DNA of 64,000 nt. Source: Callorhinchus milii (lineage: Eukaryota). The notes beneath the pieces were generated by a model, which was given only the letters and a program-made list of their open reading frames with translations, searched no databases and was not told the origin of the DNA. The DNA is taken from positions 51,338,001-51,402,000 of the forward strand of contig NW_024704743.1 in assembly GCF_018977255.1 (NCBI RefSeq). The letters are read 5' to 3'. The translations under genes and the position numbers were made by a program. Below, one piece after another: positions 27,047 through 38,965 of the stretch (positions are counted from its first letter, which is position 1; every line of letters begins with the position of its first letter).

Positions 27047-27295
27047 TAGAATCATAGAATGAGACAGTAAAGAAACTGACAATTCAGCCCATCAATGTCC
27101 GTGCTGGTGTTTTTTTGTTCCACATGAGCTACCTTGTCAAATCTCACTCTTCTGCTCAATCCCAATACCTTTCATTATTCCTCTTTTTTTAAGCATGTAC
27201 CTAATTTCTCTTGGAAAAATCATGACGTCTGCTTGAACAATAAACACTGTGGGGTGATATCTGAGACAATCCACAACCAGTTCCTTGTGATAACT
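27047..27295 (-). mobile_element. CR1 3' fragment
   Basis: agaatcatagaat tail repeat and attcagcccatc motif. Confidence 0.6.
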
Positions 27296-27554
27296 AGGCC
27301 TGAAAAGTTTGATAGCTGGCCTGATCTATGGAAATTCCTGTCAATGTGGCCGGTCAGTTCTGTATATTTGCTAGGTACGATATTCTGGGAGAATAAGACC
27401 AAATCAGTCAAAGGACCTTCTTCATCCTATGATCTTTTATCACTTTCAGGTCCTGCACCGTGATACAGAAAAACGTTACATATTATAAAACTTTTCAAAC
27501 ATCAACATTCACAGATGACACCAAACTGAGGAGGGAGTTGGTAAATGTAATAAC

Positions 27555-27912
27555 AAATAATAATCCTTGCATTTGATATATTGCCTTATCATGTCTTTAA
27601 GACATCTCAATGTGCTTCACAGAATATACTATAAAGTGAATTGACTGAGTATTTTGTGGGCGAAATGCAGCAGCCAATTACGCACAGCAATGTCCCGCAA
27701 ACAGTTATGGATTGAGTGACCAATTTTTTTTCCTTTGAAGGAATTATTACCCCTAGAAAAGCGATCCACCGATCGACTAACAACCGGGTTCCTACTTACT
27801 GCAAGGTAAACAGAGGCGTATGGAGTAAGGAAACTTGCTCAATGTTTCATCCTGCCAGAAATCAAAGCCAGTTCTCGCGCTTGCAAGCCGAGTGCTCTAA
27901 CCACTGAGCTAT
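27555..27912 (-). mobile_element. tRNA-Ala-headed SINE, long variant
   Basis: Head tagctcagtggttagagcactcgg, internal gcgatccaccgatcgactaac segment (+ strand reading) and tail. Confidence 0.9.
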
Positions 27913-28149
27913 AGAATTTGTGGTTAGGTTTAATATAGAAAAATGAGAAGTGATTTGCTGAAGTAGGAGGAATAAAGATGCTGTTTATACTATGGATCCT
28001 AAAAACTAAAGAGAGGAAGAGGAGCAAAGGGATCATCAGAATTATCTCTGGAATTTCCATGTGTAGGTGGGATGCATGGAAATCTTAGTTTGGTTTGGTA
28101 CTATTAAGCATAGTCATGGGTTTCCGCATGTGTCAGACACTGGGCTGCT

Positions 28150-28755
28150 CTAGGGATTCAGATTCACAGGACTCTAAGAGTAGCAATACAGGTGGCTAAG
28201 GTCATTAAAAAAAATACTATTAGGGTCATTAGCTTTATGTCCAGAGGAATAGAGTAGAAAGTATGGAAATAATGTTACATTTATATAAAACCTGGGTTAA
28301 CCACATTTGGGATACTGTATGAAGCTCTGGCTGCCATACTACAGCAAGGATAATAAGAAATAACACAGGAAAAGTAATAATAATAATAATAATGATATTG
28401 TAGCAATGGAGAAAATGCACTGTACATTATTCGGATGCTAATAGGAATGAAAGGATACAGCTATTGATAAAGACTGCAAAGGTTAGAGTGTTTAGCTATA
28501 AATATCGGGCATTTGAGAGGGGACCTGATAGAGATGTTTAAAATTTTGAAAGGTTTTGATAAAGTGGACAGAACTAGGCTGTTTCCACTTGTTAGTGAAT
28601 TCATAACAAGGGGGATACATTTGAGCTAGCTGCCAGCAGATTTGAAAGAGAGTTTAAGAGGAATTTATTTACGTAGAGGGTGATGAAAATGTGGAACACA
28701 TGTGTCAGAGGGTGTGGTTGAAACAGAAAGCATGAATCCATTTAAGAGGGAATAG
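28150..28755 (+). mobile_element. CR1 ORF2 3' fragment
   Basis: ttatataaaacctgggttaaccacatttgg...ggggacctgatagagatgtttaaaatt, the CR1 LYK..RPHLEY and GDLIE.FKI region. Confidence 0.8.
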
Positions 28756-29188
28756 CCTTTTTGAAGCTATACAGTCTATGTACTTCAATGTATGCCTGTA
28801 ACTAGGATTTTTTAAAAAAGGTAATAGTAATCTTACTAGGATAAAACACACCAAAGAAACTTTACAAAATAACATTTAAAACTCAGTGTTTCCTTTTATC
28901 GTTTTCTTCTCTCTTCTTCCCTATTCTCTCTTTATGCTATTATTTTAATGTCTCTTTGTGTTTATGTTTTATATTTACAACTTAGTCAACCCTTTTCAAT
29001 CTTTTTCTGGCCTTTTTTGTTTTCTCAAACATATCATTACCTTTTTCTCACATTTTTATTCATTCATTTTTGATGTTAGAAACACATAATTTCATTTTTT
29101 ATAGACTAAAAGTTCACATTTCAGATTGTTTTTACAGCCAATAAAAAATGGAATAAACAGAGATTGACAAGTGTATGTCACTAAGTGC

Positions 29189-29538
29189 GTCAGCCTGGCT
29201 CAGTTGATAGCACTCTTACCTCTGAGTCCGAAGGTTGTGGGTTGTGGGTCCCGGGTAGGGACTTGAAAACCCACATTAAGCTGAAGTCCTGTCTGCCTGT
29301 TCAGGTGGATTATAATGATCTTGTGAGAAAGTTCAAAAAGTGATGTGAGTTTTTCTCAATGTCCTGTCCACCAATCCCCCAAGTTATGACTTAATGGCTG
29401 TTTGTGGAATATTGCTGTGCACAAATTGGCTACTGGGTTTGCCTACAAAATACACAGTCACTCCACTTTACAGTATATCCTGTGAGTGCTCCTGATGTGG
29501 AAGGTGCTATTCTAAATGTAAGGATTATGCTTATTATT
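29189..29538 (+). mobile_element. Deu-domain SINE, internally deleted
   Basis: gtcagcctggctcagttgatagcactcttacctctgagtc head and shared tail. Confidence 0.8.
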
Positions 29539-31089
29539 GCTTTAATATTAGTGTGGCCAATTTACACAAAACCAAAAGTGTGTGAGTTGCAAATGAATTT
29601 CCATACAGATATCACATTGGGACAAGCAAATTCACCCATGGTGCTCTAAGGGTTAAATTTCAAGCTAGTGCTTCATTTTTCATGCTTGAATCATAAATAA
29701 CACTTTCTAAAACTTGGGGATTATTTTGAATTCAGGCATAAAAGATACAACCCTTTTCAAAAATACCAGGATAGCTCAACAAGCTTGACAAACGCAAAGC
29801 TAGTCTCACAAAAATTTGTTTATTTGCATAGGTCAAAAAAATTCTACTAGAATATTATCTTCAAACTACTTCAGCCGCAAGGTAAATGTATAAGGGTTGT
29901 GTGTAAGTGGTTAACGACCTAATCACCCCATTGGTGGCAAGTTGTAACTTAAGCAGACATTGCTTGAGCGAATGTGGTGATATCTTGAAAGCTTTACCGG
30001 CAATAAATAATAAATTGAATCTTTATGTTTTGTTTAATGCTTTATATATATATATACATACATGTTTTAAGACATGAGCAATGTGCTTAAAATTAATCTT
30101 TGCTGGACATACAGGCACATTTATGATTAGTGCATTTTTATTGTAAAGTGCTTTGAGTCATTTCAATGTGATAATGCACTGTGAAAAATACATTCTTCAT
30201 GTAATGTTCTCTGAAGGCCTTTTATAACCTTTCAGACAGTTAATAAAGTGCAGTATTAGAACATACTGTTGAAAGGTCATAAAAGGTAATTTTACAGCAT
30301 GGCAGTTGATCCTTTACAAGAACAAAGTGATATTTGAAGTATGCCTTCTAATTAAGATTTGAGAAATTGAATACGGTTTCCCAAACCCACATTTGAACAT
30401 TCTTTGTGTGTTGTATGATGAAGAGACTCTGGCTTAGTCAATGACCTCTGTTATTTGTTTTTGTACTATTTTTCGACATAATCAAATGCTTCAGTGAGAT
30501 GTTTAAAATAGCTATTTTCCTTTTCCTTTTAACAAACTCTGTTGTTATCAGTTACTAAACTGCCAAAGGATCTTCTACAATGTCAATTTAAAGAATGATT
30601 TTATCTCCTCTATCTCATGATGTTACAATAATTTGGTTGATTAAATAACGTATTTCAGGTTTGAAATCTGTCAATCATTTCGCAACAGCATCAATAATTT
30701 TCATTTACATAGAGCCTTGCTTTAATCAGGTAAATATTCTGGTAGATCTTAAATTAGTGTCCACATTACTTATTGCTAACTTAGCATTGTTTGACGTGAG
30801 CCTAGCAATCCTTTGTGTACAAATTTTTTTCATTGTGATGCACATTATCTTTAATGATGATGGCATCTAATCAGATTTCCCATTATAGTTGCACATTGTC
30901 AAAGGTGCTGTGCAGAACTCTGAATTAAATTTTTACCTATTTGTTCACTGAACGTGCAGTGATAACCTGACTGACTGGTGTCCTCTCCTCTTCTTCTCCC
31001 ACCCAACCTAAATGCTTCGATTTTTAAACTGATCCACCACCAACCTGAAATGAACCAGCATTTTAGTCTTGTGCTACTTATTCTGTATG

Positions 31090-31160
31090 TTAATAATAAT
31101 AATCCTTGCATTTGATATAGCGTCTTATCACGTCTTTAAGACAGCTCAAAGTGCTTCACA
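31090..31160 (-). mobile_element. SINE tail abutting the L2 5' end
   Basis: (aat)n ccttgcatttgatatagcg...gtgcttcaca. Confidence 0.8.
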
Positions 31161-32673
31161 GCCGTCATCATCCCCATCTTGAAAAAACCTACCCTGGACC
31201 CATCCCTCCTCTCCAGCTACCGCCCCATCTCTAATCTACCATTCCTCTCCAAGGTCCTGGAATGAGTCGTCGTGTCCCAGCTCCACTCCTTTCTTTCTCG
31301 CCATTCCCTCTTTGAACCCCTCCAATCCGGCTTCTACGCTTCCCACAGCATGGAAACAGCCCTGGTCAAAGCCACTAATGACATTCTGAACATCTGTGAT
31401 CAGGGCTCCCTCTGCCTCCTTGTCCTCCTCGACCTCTCTGCCGCCTTCAACACTGTCGACCACTCTATCCTCATACACCGCCTCTCCTCTTTATTCAATC
31501 TTCATGGACCTGCCCTTGTCTGGTTCGATTCCTATCTTTCTCACCATCTCCACTTTGTTGCCTCTAACAGTTTCTCCTCCAGCCCCTGCACTGTCACGTC
31601 TGGCATCCCCCAGGGCTCTGTCCTTGGCCCTCTCCTCTATAATATCTACATGCTCCCCCTTGGTGACATCATCCACAGACATGGGGTCAACTTCCACATG
31701 TATGCGGATGACACCCAACTCTATCTTTCTGCCTCCACCCTCAACTCCAGGACCACTGCTGTCCTGACAGACTGCCTGTCAGACATCAAGTCCTGGATGA
31801 GGGCAAATTTCCTACAGTTGAATGTGAACAAGAGTGAGGCCCTCCTGATTGACTCACGCCAGTGCCTCTGCACCTCAGGCTCTGGCAGCATCAACCTCCA
31901 TGGTTGCACACTACAACTCACCAAGCCAGTCAGCAACCTAGGTGTCTTGTTCGACCCTCAACTGTCTTTTCTTCCCCACATCCAAGCCATGACCCGCTCT
32001 GCCTTCCCTCACCTCCGCAACATCGCCCGACTCCGCCACTATCTCACCCCTCAGGCCGTTGAAACTTTTGTTCATGCCGTCATCACATCCAGGCTCGACT
32101 ATGCAAATGCCCTGCTTGTCAGCCTTCCCAACTCCTCCCTCCACAGGCTGCAGATAATCCAGAACTCTGCAGCCCATGTTCTCTCCCGCACCAAACTCTG
32201 TGACCCCATCTCCCCCATTCACGCCCGATTCCATTGGCTCCCTATCCTTCAGAGGATCCAGTTCATGATCCTGGTTCTCACCTACAAAGCCCTCCATGGC
32301 CTCGCCCCACCCTACCTCTGCGACCTTCTAACCCCCTACCAACCCACCCGCTCCCTCCGCTCAGCCGGCTCTGGCCTGCTCCATGTTCCCCGACCCACCC
32401 GCCCCACCATTGGCGGGAGAGCCTTCAGCTACTCTGCCCCCAACCTCTGGAATTCCATTCCCCAATCACTCCACCTCACCCCTTCCTTAGCTTCCTTCAA
32501 GTCCCACCTCAAGACCCTCCTCTTCGACCATGCTATCGGCCACCCCCCCTTCCCCTCCCCTCCCTTCTTCCCCCCTGACCCCAGCTCGGGTCTGAAATGC
32601 TGTACACTGTCCAGTGCCTTGGGACATCCTCCCGACATGAGAGGCGCTATACAAATATAACCTAGTTGTTGTT
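31161..32673 (+). mobile_element. L2 LINE, 5' truncated, with an uninterrupted 462-aa RT-containing frame (31272-32660)
   Basis: LLDLSAAF, GIPQGSVLGPLL, YADDTQLY, NFLQLN, SRLDYAN motifs; (ttg)n tail; no endonuclease region, upstream in-frame TGA. Confidence 0.97.
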
Positions 32674-34289
32674 TACATGTACATGCCCTTTTTCATTGTC
32701 CATCTGAGTAATGACTGTCAGAGTGGCTTGGAAAGCACAGTTGGGGATTCTTGTTAATATTTATAAAGCTTGCATTCAATAGATATTTTGGCATTGAAGT
32801 TTGATAATCAGGGAATCAAAAGAATGAAAATATAATTCATTACACTGCCACAAGTATCCCTTATGCAAAGAGAATACTTTTCGGCTTTAAAGGTTGAAGA
32901 TGTTCTTGCTGTTTTGCTGTCATTTTAGGTGCAGCTTGCAAGCAGCCTTTTTTTTACAAGTTTGAAAGTCCTATTTCATCCTATTGCTAAAATCTTTTCC
33001 ACATTGTTTTGGCCACAGCCTGATCTCCTGCCTTATGCGCCTTTGGATATTGTTCAAAGGAAGGATCCTTAAACAACTTCTATTCTAATGTCCACTCAAT
33101 ATCACCATTCAAACACAGTTCTATCCATAGACTGCTGCATTGCCTCAATTATTTGTGCTCTGAAGTGTGACTGTTCAGTCTGCCTCTGAATAGGTTCAGA
33201 GATAATGGAAAGAGACTTTGGCAATTTTTTTCCTGGAAGGGCAGACCAGTCATTGGGGACAGAAGGTCATCCCACTCACCTCCTATTAACCCTGCAAGCC
33301 AAAGCCGTAACGGGTAGGGTGGTACTAGCTGGACAAGCAGCAATATCAATGGCAAGCTATGCTTGTCTTCATTGTCTAGAAAATGGATACATTTTCTCTA
33401 ACTTCACCACATGGATTTAAATATTCATCTTAGAGCACACAAGAATAGTAGTTACAAGTCTGGTTGTTCATATTTTGCCATCCGAATTTTTGTACAAAAA
33501 ATGGTAATTTGAAAAAATAATGATATCCGGAAAGTGACCACAAAGATGCCGGATTGTTTGAAAATCTCAACTGGTTTATTAGTGTCCTTCAGGGAAGTAA
33601 TCTGCCATCCTTACCTGGACTGGCCAACATGCATCTCCAGTGCTACACATTATGGATGACTATTAGCACTGAAAAGGCCAAGCGAGCCAAGATAAATGCT
33701 ATAGTAATGCCTAAACTATCAGGACCAAGATAACATATCAGTATATATATATGGGACAGACATATTCTTCCCTCCAATCCCCCCAACATCAAATTAACAA
33801 GGACAAATAATTCAACCACAGCAAAGAGCTTGACATGTGAACTGTGTGTGAATCACTGGTGTGCTGAGTAAGGAAAATGTGCAGCACTTTCCACAATTAC
33901 TACAGATAGCCCTCAATGACCATTTTACCGAGAGCCGGGCTCAATTTTCTTTTTGAAAACAAAGTTGACAATAGGCCATCAACTATTATATACCCTAAGA
34001 TGCAATCCACCTGAGTGGGACCTAAACAGGAAATCCAGTTTGCAAATCATTAGGTTATTAGGTTAGCAAGGAATTATATCACGTAGTCAGAGAAGAGCTT
34101 GTTGTGCTACTTCCCTTTCCTTCCCCCCTCCCCTCACCAACACTGGTTTCACTGTCTGATGAGGGAGACATAATTCAAGCATTTGAAAAGATTATTCACA
34201 ATGCAAGAGAGCTCAGTCGGAGGAGGCTGACAGCACTGTTAAAGAGTCCCAGTGGGAGTGACTGTTAAAATGGTTTATGGTTGCACATA

Positions 34290-34487
34290 TGGGGGTCTAA
34301 TTTGTGGTATCCTGTTAGAATTCCCATTGACCTCTGGGATCTCCACTGTGGAAGTAGATGTGTTGGAGCAGAGTTCCCGTGGGTCTGCGTGACTTATGTC
34401 CAGTTACCGGAAGGAGTCCCCTTTTTGCGTGACTTGAGTTTTTTATTGAGGAATTACATAAGGAAATATCAGAAATTTGGACCCACG
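34290..34487. mobile_element. Old MITE-like inverted-repeat element
   Basis: gggtctaatttgtggtat...gaattcc / ggaattac...atatcagaaatttggaccc. Confidence 0.45.
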
Positions 34488-35002
34488 TTGTATAACTGTA
34501 CCACAATTTCATAGTTTAATAGTTGTTCTGTAGATGTTCTCTGTACATGAATATATTTTAAACATATTTTTAAAAAAATACATTTGCTACTTTGGCTCAA
34601 GCTGCAGATCCCAAAACAACAAACAACATCTGGCAAGACATGGGGAAATGATAGGTGTATATACACAGAATGCAGATCCATTTTGATAAAACATTTAGCA
34701 CTTTTTTTTACTGGGGTTCTGTGCCTAATATACTAGAAATTTTGGTCACATTTGGTCCTCGGTTTTATTTCTTCAACAATAAAGTCCTATGAGAACCTTT
34801 ACCTAGGTTTTCCCAAGGATTTGTGCACCTCTCAGTGTTGATAAAGAGTTTTAGAACACTAAACCATCACCAGGAGGGAAGCTGAACATCAAGCAATGAA
34901 GGAAACCGGTATAAGCACATTCCACAATCACAGTGCATCAGTTGCCCTGTAGCACTTTCCAAGAAAAAATTAAGTCCATATTAAGACCACTGATTTGGTT
35001 GG

Positions 35003-35178
35003 AACAAAAATAGAAATCACTGGGAACACTCAGCAGGTTAGGTAGCATCTATGGAGAAAGGAAAGTGAGTCAACATTTCGGGTCCACGACCCTTCATCAA
35101 AATGTTGACTCACTTTCCTTTCTCTATAAATGCTGCGCCGTCATCAGCCACAGCATTGACATTTCTGACTTCAGCATA
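35003..35178. mobile_element. Penelope-like terminal-repeat palindrome with degenerate hammerhead core
   Basis: 37-nt inverted arms with 3 mismatches (35042-35078 / 35100-35136); minus strand reads TTGATGA-A-GGGTC-GTG-GACCC-GAAA-TGTT. Confidence 0.7.
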
Positions 35179-35179
35179 G

Positions 35180-35350
35180 TGGAAAGGCCATCTCAGACCA
35201 CTTCCTCATCTCCTTCTCCTCTCACCTCCACCAAGCCCTCAACCATCCTCTACCGCCCTTGGAAAAGGCTAACCCCTGAGACCCTCACAAAGCCCCTCAC
35301 ATCATCAAACATCCTATCACTCTGGCCTTCCACCCGCGGAGATCCTGAAG
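35180..35350 (+). mobile_element. L2 fragment from the end of the APE endonuclease region
   Basis: Translates as ISDHFLISF then YRPWKRLTPETLT. Confidence 0.6.
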
Positions 35351-35354
35351 AAGG

Positions 35355-36690
35355 ATCCCAGGGCTCAGCCAAGGGAGGGGGAGGAAGGTGACCAAAAGCC
35401 CGGTCGAAGAGAAAGGTCTTCAGCAGAGACCTGAAAATAGGAAGAGAGTGGGTGAGGCAAAAGGAGTGAGGAAGGGAGTTCCAGAGCCTCAGGGCACAGT
35501 GGCTGAAGGCACGTCCGCTGAGGGTGGAGCGGAGGACTCAGGGGACAAGGAGGAGCCCAGACCTGGAGGAACGAAGGCAACGGGCACTGTTTTGAGGAGA
35601 GAGGCAGTCAGAGAGGTAGGGGGATGCAGAGGAGTGGAGGGATTTGAAGACAACAGTGAGGATCTTGAAGTCGATCTTCTCTGCGACAGGCAACCAGTGC
35701 AGTCTGGCAAGGACTGGGGTGATCGGGGAGTGGAGTTTGGTGCGGGTAAGAATGCGGGCGGCAGAGTTTTGAATAATCTGGATTTTGTGGATGGTAGTGG
35801 AGGGGAGGGCAGCAATGCGGGCATTAGAATAGTCCAGCCGAGAGGTGACAAAGGCATGGCCCAGGGTTTCAGCAGCTTTCGGAGAGAGGTATTCGGAGAG
35901 AGACGTGCGAAGGGTCGGAGGTGAAAGAAAGCGGTACTGGTGAGGGACTGGATGTGGGGGAGGAAGGATAATTGGGGGTCGAACCTGATGCCTAGGTTGC
36001 GTATGGATTTGGAGAGTTTTACGGGTGGGTCAGGAAGGTGGAGGAGGTGAGAACCATGAGATTTTAGACGTTGACGAGAGCCAAAGAGCATGGCTTCTGT
36101 CTTGTCAATGTTCAGCTGAAGGAAGTTTGCGCTCATCCCCGCAGGTAACTGTGTGAGAGAGGGAGGAGAAGCCATTTGTTCAGATGTACTGCTAGCAGTT
36201 TGTGAGGTAGGACTCGAACCAGGCGATTGCGGTCCCACTGAGGTGGATGACGGTTGAAAGGCGGTGGAGGAGGATGGCGTGATCGACTGTGTCGAACGCA
36301 GCTGCGAGGTCCAGGAGGACAAGGGGTCAGAGGGAGACCTGACCAAAAATAGAGAGGATGTAATTTGTGACTTTTACAAGTGCAATCTCTGTACTGTGGG
36401 TAGGGCGGAAACCGGACTGGAAGGGTTCGAAGAGGGAGTGGGAGGAGAGGTGTGCGCGAAGTTGATTGGCAACAACTGGTTCTAGGACTTTTGCGAGGAA
36501 GGGCAGGTTAGAAATAGGGCAGTAGTGGCTGGGGTTTGAGGGATCCAGGGAAGGTTTTTTGAGGAGGGGGTGATGACAGCAGTTTTGAGGGGGGCAGGGA
36601 CTGATCCGGAGGAAAGGAACTGGTTGATCGTATCAGCCAGTCGTGGAAAGAGGAGGGGGAGCTGGGTGACCAGCAAGTTGGTGGGGATCG
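35355..36690 (-). mobile_element. L2 LINE (distinct subfamily), RT core deleted
   Basis: MSANFLQLNIDKTE, RNLGIRFDPQLSFLPHI, SGSVPAPLKTAVITP; VTCG is joined directly to MSANF at about 36138. Confidence 0.92.
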
Positions 36691-38454
36691 AATTGTTGAT
36701 TTGATTTGGTAAAGCCTTGTAAAATGAATATGTTCACTACAGTATTATAAAATAACCCACAATATTGGCAAGGAGATATTCCACTTGGGTCTCGATTAAC
36801 ACTAATCATGTGGAATTTTTAGAGCACCCAGAATTGACAAATCATTCAATTCATTCTTAAATTTGAAGTTGATTTTTTGTAATTCTTAAAATAATATTAC
36901 AGAAAACTGGCTTCAGAACGCATTAAAGAATTTGTCAATTTCTGGACAGTCTGAAATGCTGCGTAAATAAAGTAAATCTAGACCTAAATGGAATATCTCC
37001 ACACAGGTCCCCTATTCAAACCCACAGCTCCAAACCTTGATCAGGCAGGTTAGAAAGTTATCCAACCACTTGCATACTAAACTATATTAAATGTTTTAAA
37101 TGCCAAACCTCACACACCCTCAAAACTTCATCATTGGCACTGTATGCATGAAGGCTGCAGAGAGCACTAAGGTGATTATCATGCACTGTTTACCAGCTGA
37201 AGCAAAGTTTTCATTGGGTGGTTGTAATGGGATTTGCAAGTAAGCAACAACATGTCGCTAACAACGAATAATGAACAATAATCCCCAGAGAGAGCGAGAG
37301 AGAGGGTGAGCTCATGATCATGCTCCTTTGTGGCTGTCAATCAAAATCTATTCCGACATGCCACAAGGTGGATTCCATTGCCTTGCCCATTCCCATCGCC
37401 CATCGGTCCTTAGCTGCCAAACCACAAGTAATTATTCCGTAATTACATGTTGTGAACTGCATGCCCCGGACTTTTGTCTGCTTAATGGCCTCATTGATAC
37501 TTCATTCGCTGGCATTCTTATATAGGTGACAGGGGTAATGAACACTTATTTCCAGAGGTTAATTGGGGAATGGGGGTAATCCACACCTACTATTTTCAAA
37601 GGTTAAATCTTATATACCTCTGAGGCTTTGTCACTTATAAACAGAACGTTTACTCATGCTGCACAACTTTTTATGCTGCATTTAATTTATAGGTTTAGTT
37701 GCTGAAGGCAGCTCTACTGCTGTTGTGAAACAACAACAACTTGCATTCATATAACTCCTTGCACATAGGAAAATGTCTTGGAGCACTAACAAATAAACAA
37801 GCTCCACCACCAGATTCTGCAACTTAAGCTTTTACAGTGTGCAGTCTCCCGGTCAGGGACCTTACTCCTCCACCATTGAGCTGGCTTACACTCACCAGAG
37901 ATCCAAGCTAAACATCCCCATACTTCTAATATCAAGCCTGTTAAGCACAGGAAATACTTGCGTCCATGAAGAATGATCAGTGAGTAATGGATTGGCTATT
38001 CACAGGTGTTGCAGAGTTCAGAGAGTACAAAGACCAATTACGTGAGTGCAAGTTGGATCCAGATGTAACACTGACACTTTAAATAAAATAAATTCTGTGT
38101 ATGTCCAGTCTGTCCATATACAGAATCATCTGGAAATGTCATTTGAGCTGTCTGGGTTTAAATGTACAATTATCACCTGATTTGGGGTTTAATTCGTATA
38201 TTGAGATTTCTAGCTTCAAGCAAACCATGATATTTATGGAAATTCAGCTCTGGGCAATATTTGAGATGTCAACATTTCGCAACAAATCCAACAAACGGAT
38301 ATATTGTTTATCGCCTCTGAAAAATAAAGGGTTAATACAATTGTGAATACTTCAATGTAACCAAAATGGAAAACTTCAAAGTATCATTGCCCAAATGTTT
38401 CATTGCCCAAGTCCTGTCCAACAATCCTCAAAATAAAATTGGTCACTCATTTCA

Positions 38455-38740
38455 TAATAATAATAATCCTTCAATTGGCTATAATGTCTTATCACATTAG
38501 AATGACATCTCAAAGCGATTCACAGGATTTACTGTGACTATGTATTTGCAGGCAAACACGGCAGTCAATTTTGAGCACCGTAACGTCCCACAAACAGACA
38601 TGAAACGAATGACTGATTATTTGGGGGATTTGTTGGCCAGGACAATGGGAGGAACTCCCTTCTCTTTTCGAGTAGTGCCATGGAATCTTTAACATCCAAC
38701 TGCACAGGCAGACAAGACCTCAGTTTTAACGTCTCATGTT
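38455..38740 (-). mobile_element. Deu-domain SINE 3' half
   Basis: gtgccatggaatctttaacatccaactgcacaggcagac core plus tail. Confidence 0.8.
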
Positions 38741-38789
38741 TGTGAGACATTGTTCCATGCAATTTGATTGCCACATTCACCTACAAAAT

Positions 38790-38965
38790 ACATTTACTAG
38801 TTACTACACTTCACAGTAAATCTGTAAAGTGCTCTGAGACGCCGTCCCGACAAGAAAGGTGCTATATCAAATGCAAAGATTATTATTATTTTTCTTCTTC
38901 TTATAATAATAATAATATAATAATAATAATAATCCTTGCATTTGATATAGCGCTTTACACGTTAC
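38790..38965. mobile_element. Tail-to-tail pair of SINE 3' ends
   Basis: Plus tail ...tatatcaaatgcaaagattattatt followed by minus tail aataatccttgcatttgatatagcgc. Confidence 0.75.

Noticed and set aside
31272..32660. 462-aa reverse transcriptase ORF as a domesticated gene or retron-like system
   Set aside because: Ordinary 5'-truncated L2 with an intact tail, no ATG start, an upstream stop and several sibling copies in the window
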